Positions 56,071 to 64,000 of a stretch of 64,000 nucleotides of DNA are shown here, piece by piece; position 1 is the stretch's first letter, and each line of letters opens with the position of its first letter. The notes beneath the pieces are model-generated. The model had not been told where the DNA came from. It searched no databases and worked only from the letters and a program-made list of their open reading frames with translations. The position numbers and the translations under genes are program-made. The stretch covers positions 4,256,167 through 4,320,166 of the forward strand of contig MU054001.1 of the NCBI GenBank assembly GCA_013239625.1, in the 5' to 3' direction. Source of the stretch: Lama guanicoe (lineage: Eukaryota).

Positions 56071-57761
56071 CACATACGTCTCATTTACTGCCTAACTTCT
56101 CTTAAAACCTGCCGAAGTTATTAGCAGTCACATCTACTTGCAACATACTGTAAAGTTCTTCTACAATGACTATTTCTTCTACTCTGAGGTGAGGCCTCGT
56201 TTTACTATTTCAAGAGGATTTCTAATACGTCTACAGTTGGCCACACAGCACTGTCTCGTAATAATGCTTACTCATCAACCTTGTAAAGATTCTCGCTAAA
56301 TTTATCCTTAACCCCTGTAAACAAAACTGTAAGACCTATGGACAAAATAAGAAGATCTATTAGATAGCCTACAAAATGTATATATATTTATAAGTAGACA
56401 TTTTTGGGAAGACTCTTGCGAACACTTTGACAATTTTAAAGAGGCCCTGTAATAATAATAAAACAGTGCCTCTTCACTAACAGAAAACGAAATACGGTAA
56501 GTATCGCCAAACTTCCGTCTACGTGCTAAAACTTAAATAATGATGAAAAATATGCTTTATTGCTCTATTAGACATAATTTAAAGCCTTCACTCTGTTTCC
56601 GTAACTCTGGCCATCACTGTGCACACCCACGGCTGTCCAGCATCACTCAGAGCAGCTTGGGGTCTAAATGTGGGCTCTGCTGCTTTGTTATCAGCTCATT
56701 CTTACCATGACCTTCTGATTTTCGCCCCTTCCCTCTTTAGCTTCTATTATACTTAATACAGGCATTAAAGAAAAGTAAACTCATTGAGAGCTTAAGGGTT
56801 TCTCCAAAGAACCAAGCTCCCAGTTCTGGTGCTAGGCTTTGAGAGCGATACTGATGGGGCAGGAGTGCATGTCAGAGGGGGCTTCACCTTGACAAAGCAT
56901 CTCCCTTCTGTATGGCATCTCATAGTTTTCAAAGAGCTCTTACCTACTGCCTAATTCAATCATCCACAATAATCCTATGAAGGGAGGCTAGGCAGAAGTT
57001 ACTTTCTAACTAAAAGAATTCTTTTTTTTAAATAGGGAATAATTGACTTCCCTAAAATCACACAGAAAATCAATGGCAGAACCAAATCTGGGAAAAGGAT
57101 CTCACTTGTTAACATGCCAACCATCAGGATCACAGAGGTAAAATTAGTCTCAAACCCAGCTAAGACTTTTCTAGCTGAGTGACCTTTCAAAAGCTACCAG
57201 CTGCCCTCAGTCTCAGTGCCCACATCTGTAAAACAGGGACATGAACGCCCATTCGGCAGCTCCGCGAGGCCCAAGTCCACCGCCTGGCACTTGTACACTT
57301 CAGAGTCCTGCTGACCTTCTCAGGCTTCAGCTGTCTCGAGTCTTCACGAGCTCTCACATACACCAGGACGCTAAGAGAGTATGACTAGTCACTTCTGTAA
57401 GGCAGGTCCACCAAAACAGCAGTCACTTAACATGGCGGCCACCAGCCACACCCCCACCCCCTAATCCTTTTCAGACCAGCCTTCCCTCCTCCTTCTCATT
57501 ACTGACATTCCCATAAAGACTTACGGAAGGTGACGATGTGCCAAGCACTGTGCCAGATGTTGATTTAATCACTTAATCTTTGTTCCATCTGAGAGTCCAG
57601 GATCTGCTACTCTGAGCTTACTATTACTCTCCAGCAGTCTGACTCCCTTAGCCCTTGGCCCTTTGGTCCGGACCAAAAAGCTAACTCCAAAGCATTTCAA
57701 CAAATAATTCAAGTATCACATGAGTTCCACATCACCTCTAAAATCCACCAATTCCTCTATA

Positions 57762-58070
57762 CAGAGGTCAACAAACCACATCCACAGGCCAAACCCATCC
57801 CCCAAGGTATGAATGTTTTTACATTTTAAATGGTTGAATAATATTTTGGGATAGGTGTAAATTATATGCAATTCAAATTTCAGTGTACATACATAAAATG
57901 TTACTGGAATATTGTATAGCCATGCTTATTCATTTACAAATTGTCAATGGCTGCTTTTGTGAATTTCAAGAGCAGAGCTGGGTAGTTGAGACAGAGAGAG
58001 ACCTTAGAACCTAAAAAAGCAGCTTAAAATATTTACTGTCTTTATAGAAAAGTTTACTGACTGAACCCTG
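57762..58070. mobile_element. MER58-like hAT element
   Basis: CAGAGGTCAACAAAC...AAAATATTTACTGTCTTTATAGAAAAGTTT...CCCTG; approximate. Confidence 0.55.
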
Positions 58071-59085
58071 CTCTATATATAGGCTCCATAACAGACCCAA
58101 GACTATTAATTTGATAGATCAAGTCTACCAAGTTACACCATGTATTTCTGTGCACTGCCTTGTACATTACTTGGGGAAAAAGAAATCTACACTTTTTGTA
58201 CTTACAGTTTTTATAAGTACTATAGAAACAACTGTCTCCTCAGCATCTTCCATCCCAGCTCCTATCAAAGGGTCAGCTAAGGTTACACTTGTTACTGATA
58301 AAAAACAAAAACCTCAGTGTTAACTGCTCAGTGCTTAGCTATGCTTTAAAATTTAGCCATACATTATAACTTAAAATACATTTTTTTTAAGTAGCCGTGA
58401 GGATGGCTTCTATCAAAAAAACAGAAAACAGCAGGTGTTGGTGAGGGTGTGGAAAAACCGGAACTTACATCACTTGTGCTAACAGGAACATAAAGTGGTG
58501 CAGCTGCTATGTAAATCAGCATGTCACCTCCTCAAGCAGGTAGATACAGATTTACCGTACGACCCAGCAACTTCACTTCTGGGTATTCAGCCAAAAGAAC
58601 TGAAAACAGAACGTGCAACCACGTTCATAACAGCACTATTTGCAATGCCTAGTACAGTCGAGTCTCTGTCACAGAAGAAGTAGAATGGTGCTTGCCAGGG
58701 GTTCCGGGGAGCAGAGGATGGCGAGTTGGTGTCTAATGGGTACAAAGTGTCCACGGGGGAAGATGACAAATGTGTAGAGATGGACAGTAGCAGTGATGAT
58801 TTGCCAACTGTGGGAATGTACTTAATGCCACTGAACTGTACACTTAAAAATGGTTAAAATGGTCAGTTTTACATTATGTGTAATTTTTACCACCACTTTT
58901 AAAAACGTAGCTAACCAAAATACTTGTCATTAATAAAATGTGATATATCCACACAATAGATATAAAAAGAAATGAAGGTCTGATACATGCTATAACACAG
59001 ATAAACTTCGAAAATACTACACTAAGTGAAAGAAGCCAGACACAAAAACCCAACTATTACATGGATCCATTTATAGGGAATGTCC

Positions 59086-59120
59086 ATCGCTTCCCGGCCT
59101 TTTGGCTAAGATCAAGTGTA
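59086..59120 (+). pseudogene. 3'-truncated U2 snRNA retropseudogene (nt 1-35)
   Basis: ATCGCTTCCCGGCCTTTTGGCTAAGATCAAGTGTA differs by one base from the recalled U2 5' end; flanked by direct repeat TAGGGAATGTCC (59074-59085 / 59121-59132). Confidence 0.93.
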
Positions 59121-59279
59121 TAGGGAATGTCCAGAATAAGTAAATCCATAGAGACAGAAAGCAGATTGTTGGTTGCCTGAGGATGGGGAGTGACCTCGTA
59201 ACAAGTATGGGGTTTCTGTTTGGGGATAAAATGCTCTGAAACTACACAGTGGCAACGGTAGCACAACGTTGTCGATGTA

Positions 59280-59517
59280 CAGCTGACCCTTGAATAATAG
59301 ATCTGAACTGTGCGGGTCCACTTACAGGTGGGTTTTTTTCCAGGAGTAAATACTACAGTACTACAGGATCTGAGGTTGACCAAATCCACACATGCAGAAC
59401 TGCGGGTACGCAGGAATGGTGTATACGGGGTGGGAGGCCTGGCTGTAAGGTAGACACAGATTCTCAACTGTGCGGAGGGTTGGGCTCCTACTCCCTGTGT
59501 TGTTCAAGGGTCAACTG
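59280..59517 (+). mobile_element. Tigger2-like MITE
   Basis: TIRs CAGCTGACCCTTGAA / TTCAAGGGTCAACTG with TA duplications. Confidence 0.85.
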
Positions 59518-60077
59518 TACTTTATGCCACTAAACTGTTCCTTTTAAAATGTTTACATCATAAAATAAGTGTCTTATATGTATTTTACAACAATGTTTCA
59601 ACGTGCACTGTTTGCAAAAAAGAAGCCAACAGCTCATTTAGATACCATGCAGCTATCAGCAGAGACACATCACTGAAGAACTAGGTTCTATCCTACTATC
59701 ATAACAATAGTTATTTCACATAAATGTTATTAGTCTGATGAAAATAAATACCATTTTGTTAATAAATATGATTCTCTGGTTGTTTCCTGACAAAAATTTA
59801 GGAAACCATTATATTTTAATAGAAATATTTATTCACATCCTAGTATGAGATGAGGGCATGACTTGATTCATGCACAGAAGATAACAACTTGATTTTAGGT
59901 GCTAGATACAGGAGTTCACACTAACAGGAAATGCACTACACATTGCAACACTTCAGAAAGAGCATGAAGGGGACCTCCTGACAGGAGATGGCCAGGACTT
60001 TGGTTCATGACTTCCAGCCATTTGCCCCCAGAGCTGTCTAAAGAAGTGAGAGGTTCTTTCCTCAAAAAGCATTAAGA

Positions 60078-60218
60078 GTGGGTAGGGTGTAGCTCAAGTG
60101 GTAGAGCCTATGCTTAGCACGCAGGAGGTCCTGGGTTCAATCCCTAGTACCTCCTCTAAAAATAAACTTATAAATAAACCCAATCCCTACCACCACCAAA
60201 AAAACTGAAAAAAAACCC
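60078..60218 (+). mobile_element. tRNA-derived SINE (camelid type)
   Basis: TAGCTCAAGTGG and GGTTCAATCCC boxes; TSD AAAA(A/T)GCATTAAGA 60064-60077 / 60219-60232. Confidence 0.9.
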
Positions 60219-61519
60219 AAAATGCATTAAGAAAAAGTTGTCTTCAAGTAGAAACAAAAGCCCAAGACTACCAGAGGAACATGAAGGTTCTTTCTTCACA
60301 GCTTTATCTCACCATAATTCACTTCCAACATTTTAAAATTAAATTGGCATTCTCACACTTTAAATAGGACAACTCAGTTGAGAATTTAACAGTGAGAAGA
60401 TATGGCATCCGAGGGTTATATTAACCACATAAAACAAAAGTAATGTAATAAAAGCCAACTTGACAGATTTTTGACAGTAAAATTATATTTAAACACACAT
60501 ATCATGATTTGAGATTAAGAATACAAGCTTTTATTTTGGTTGTAATCAAGAGAAAAAGCAATAAGATATAAGCACGAAAAATAAGCAATAAAAAATTACC
60601 CTAAGTTAAAAGAATAACTGAACTTACTGCATTTAAGAAAAAGAGATGGATCTCCAGCTAAGGGTAAGGAATCCTTTATCTTTAGGTAAAGGTAAAGCAG
60701 ACAACAGTGAGATGCCCTATAAACGGTTACTACAGAAAAAGTAAAGCAAAAAAAACCCAAAAAACAAAAGCGCAAAACAAGCTCCTCCTGTCAAACTTGA
60801 ATATCAACATTTCTATCTTAATTGTTTAAACTTGAGGGGATCAAATTAAATTTATAAGCAGCATAGGAAATAAGGCAACCTTCGTCAACCACCAAGAAAT
60901 GTATCTCAAGCTGGGTCTGTAGACACTTCTTTAAGTTCATACGTTCTCCATGAGAATTTTTAAACTGTGTGTCTTCATTTCAATATTACTCTAGTAACAT
61001 TAGCGTAAGCCTGTTCTGGGTCATCCAGATGCTTCCCTGGAAACAGAGAGCTGAGCTGCTCAGGGATGCCCTGAGCCCACGTGTGCTGCTGTGTTTACCA
61101 TTAGGCTAAGACCAAACAGGAAGATTTTAACTGGTCTGTACTAAGAGTCAAGAGCAGAGTAAGACCTAATACATATATTGCACACATGTGCCAAATGAAA
61201 CTCAAACAGCACCCCTGAAAAACTGTACAGTTTTCAGAATAGAGAAAAGTGATGAGAGAACTGAGTGCAAGGTAATGAAGACATTTCCAAAGCATTCCCA
61301 GCCACAGCAGGTGATATATAGCATATTCACATTGAGAATAGCAATTTGAGTAAAACATCACCCGTCTCATAAAGTTAATTTTATTGAATCTGTCATTTCA
61401 CTTGTATTTAATTTGTTAATCTGCTTTGTCTTTATAATCTTTTAAGCATAAGAAATTAATACTTGTGTGCATTCTTACATTATATAAAAATAACTTAAGC
61501 TAGTGTGCAAAGAGCAGTC

Positions 61520-61818
61520 AACAGGAAAGGACAGTCTTTTCAACAAATGCTGCTGGGGAAATCAGACATCCGTGTGCAAAAGAGTACAGCTGGACCCTTG
61601 CCTTACACCATATGCAAACATTAACTCAGAAGGGATCAAAGATCTAAACTTAAGAACTAGAACTATAAAATTCTTAGAAGAAACACTAGAGAGTCATGAT
61701 GGTGAACTGGCAATGATTTCTTGGCTATAAAACCAAAAGCACAGGCAACAAAAGAAAAAAAAATAGATAAACTGAACTTTGTCAAAATTGAATACATATA
61801 TGCATCAACTTGTATGCA

Positions 61819-61857
<39 letters not shown>

Positions 61858-62485
61858 NNNNNNNNNNNNNNNNNNNNNNNNNNNNNNTTTTTTTTTTTTT
61901 TTTGGCCTAAACACTCTCTCCATGTAAGTATGGGAGACGTGAAAGCACACCCGGCTCAAAATGACACTAAGAACCAAAAGGGGGAACACTCCTAGGTAAT
62001 TATCCAAGAGAACTGAAAGTGTATGCCCACACAAAAACTGTTTATAGCAGCATTATTCACAATAGCCAAAAAGTGGAAACATTCCAAGTGTCCATCACTG
62101 ATGAATGGATAAACAAAATGTGGACACAATGGAATGTTATTCGGCCACATAAAGGGATGAAATTTTGATGCATGTTACAACATGGGTGAACCTTAAATAC
62201 AGTAGGCCAAGTGAAAGAAGGCAGACACGAAAGGACACCTATATTATATGAGTCCATTTATACGAAATGTCCAAAATAAGCACATCCATAGAGACAGTAA
62301 GTAGACTGCTAGTTGCCTAGGACTGAGGAGTTCTGGGGAAAGATGGAAAGTAATTGCTAATGGATATGAGGTTTCTTTCTGAGGTGATAAAACTGTTCTA
62401 AATCTTATTCTGATGATAGCTGCACAAATCTGTGAAAATGCTAAAAAAAATCTGAAATGTACATACCTCAATGAGGCTGTTATTG
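61520..62485 (+). mobile_element. Old L1 ORF2/3' UTR fragment spanning the assembly gap
   Basis: [29 protein letters not shown] in ORF 61503..61730. Confidence 0.8.
61819..61903. repeat. (CT)n microsatellite, 30-N assembly gap (61858-61887) and poly-T
   Basis: Directly visible. Confidence 0.95.
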
Positions 62486-62628
62486 GGGAAAAAAAGAAAG
62501 AAGAAAGAGAAAAAAGAGAAAGAAAGGAAGGAAAGAAAGAGAAAGAGAAAGAAAGAAGAAAGAAAAGAGAAAGGAAGGAAGAAAGAAAAAGGAAAGAAGG
62601 AAGGAAGGAGAAAGGGAAGGAGGGAGGA
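62486..62628 (+). repeat. Polypurine (GAAA/GGAA)n tract, probably expanded from the L1 A-tail
   Basis: About 140 nt of only G and A directly after the L1 3' end. Confidence 0.9.
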
Positions 62629-64000
62629 CAAGCTGCTGTTACAGCCCTAAAAAGATCCTGCCTTAACTTATATGTTACCACAAAGCAAAATAAGAGGAAC
62701 AGGAGAATCTATAAGTCAATAAAAAGAAGACTTGTATACCCAGGTAATAAATGACTCATACAAACCTAAAACAAAACAATTTGACATTTTAATTAGCACA
62801 TGGACCAAGGTAAACAAGCAAATCGTTACCTCTTCTGAAATACCGAAAATATTAAAAGGGCCTAGGAATCCCAGGGTCAATGCTTATCTAAGGCCTTCAG
62901 AGCTTTTATTGGAAATCAGTCTAAACCTAGAGTCCCAGCTTCTCCACATGTCACTAGTGAGTCCATGAATCTGCGTCTGCCCATCTCAGCTCCCTCCTGG
63001 GCACTGCTGCTTTCCCAGGGTGATCATCAAGCATCCACAGGGGGTCAAAAAACAAAACCCCTTTCACCATTAGTTTCCTTGCGAATGGGCGCATACTGTA
63101 CGTCCTTAAATTCACCATTACTTAGGGAGCCTCATCTCGTGTTATGTAACGTTACATAAATCTGAACTCTTTGGCATTCTCCTTTGGAAGACACATCATC
63201 CATTTCTGGAACTACTGAATCTCTCACCTTACCTCTTTTCTGGGCATATGATCTTCTGGTCAAGGACAAGCAGCCAAGGTTCTAATTCAATGGTGCTAAA
63301 CCCACTAGTACCTCATTTTCAGATAAGAAAGTGATATATGTGAGAAAAACTACAATACTATCTGACTAGTGAAACTTCAAAGTAGAATGACAATGCAGCT
63401 AACACATTTACACACACCTCAAAACACAAACACATGCACCGACAAACCCAGTGGGCAAAAATCTCACGAAGGCAAAAGTAAGTAAACTGATAAAACCTAA
63501 TCTACTTGGGGGAAGAACGGAGGAGCCTGGGAGTATTCAGAAAAGCAGTAACACTTCCCCTCATTCATGGTTACCCTCACAATCTTTCTGGCAACACACA
63601 CTGAGAAACACAGCCATCTTATTTTGAGGAACACAGATAAAAAAAACTAGCTGAAAAGTTAATAACATTTACAAGTATGCTTCTCAAGCTTCATCCACAA
63701 TAGAAAATAAAGAGCAGCTTAGATGCCCAACAGTAGGGGAGTGCTTAAGTAAACTCTGGTATAGTCACACAGGAAAACATGTTTTATCCCCCTGCAAAAA
63801 GCTGCATTGTAAACTACGTAAATACATGGAAAAGACCACGCAAAATGCAAAATAGGGGAAGCACTAAGATCTTTCATGTAGAAGGAAATTAGTCTTTTTA
63901 AAAATGGATATTTTACAGTGACATAAATAAGAGTTTATGGAGAGTAATAAATAGTTGATACTTTTTAGTGAAGAGCTTCTTTCAGCTGGCATGTTTATTG

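Larger units (their letters stand above)
58390..59595 (+). mobile_element. Two successive old L1 3' ends; the second hosts the U2 fragment and a Tigger MITE
   Basis: GACCCAGCAACTTCACTTCTGGGTAT, GCCACTGAACTGTACACTTAAAAATGG and CTAAGTGAAAGAAGCCAGACACAAAA motifs. Confidence 0.75.

Noticed and set aside
62244..62754. Hydrophobic and charged ORFs on both strands
   Set aside because: They are translations of the GA-rich microsatellite and L1 3' UTR

Overview
Mammalian nuclear DNA, probably camelid: three tRNA-derived SINEs resemble the camelid type and artiodactyl-type L1 3' ends are present (species is inferred). The main gene is TENT4B (PAPD5, non-canonical poly(A) polymerase) on the minus strand. 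I mapped 11 coding exons by hand (41819 down to stop TAG at 28824-28826). All have GT-AG junctions and continuous phase, giving 1504 coding nt (500 residues after a split first codon). The N-terminal exon(s) lie beyond the right edge, behind a >22 kb repeat-rich intron. A long, apparently transposon-free 3' UTR runs to poly(A) signals near 23.0 kb. A CpG island at about 13.35-14.06 kb has a minus-strand splice donor. By the known TENT4B-ADCY7 gene order it is probably the ADCY7 promoter and non-coding first exon, which would make 1-13.6 kb ADCY7 5' intron; no ADCY7 coding exon is visible. The rest is L1, L2, MIR, SINE, DNA-transposon and LTR relics plus a 30-N gap. Nearly all ORF-track entries are spurious. 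I found no convincing new biological system. The best oddities are a tailless 35-nt U2 snRNA retro-fragment with target-site duplication (TSD), an unassigned ~117-bp poly(A) retro-insert with a perfect 17-bp TSD, an in-frame internal splice acceptor in TENT4B, and an ERV remnant with a transmembrane-like ORF.
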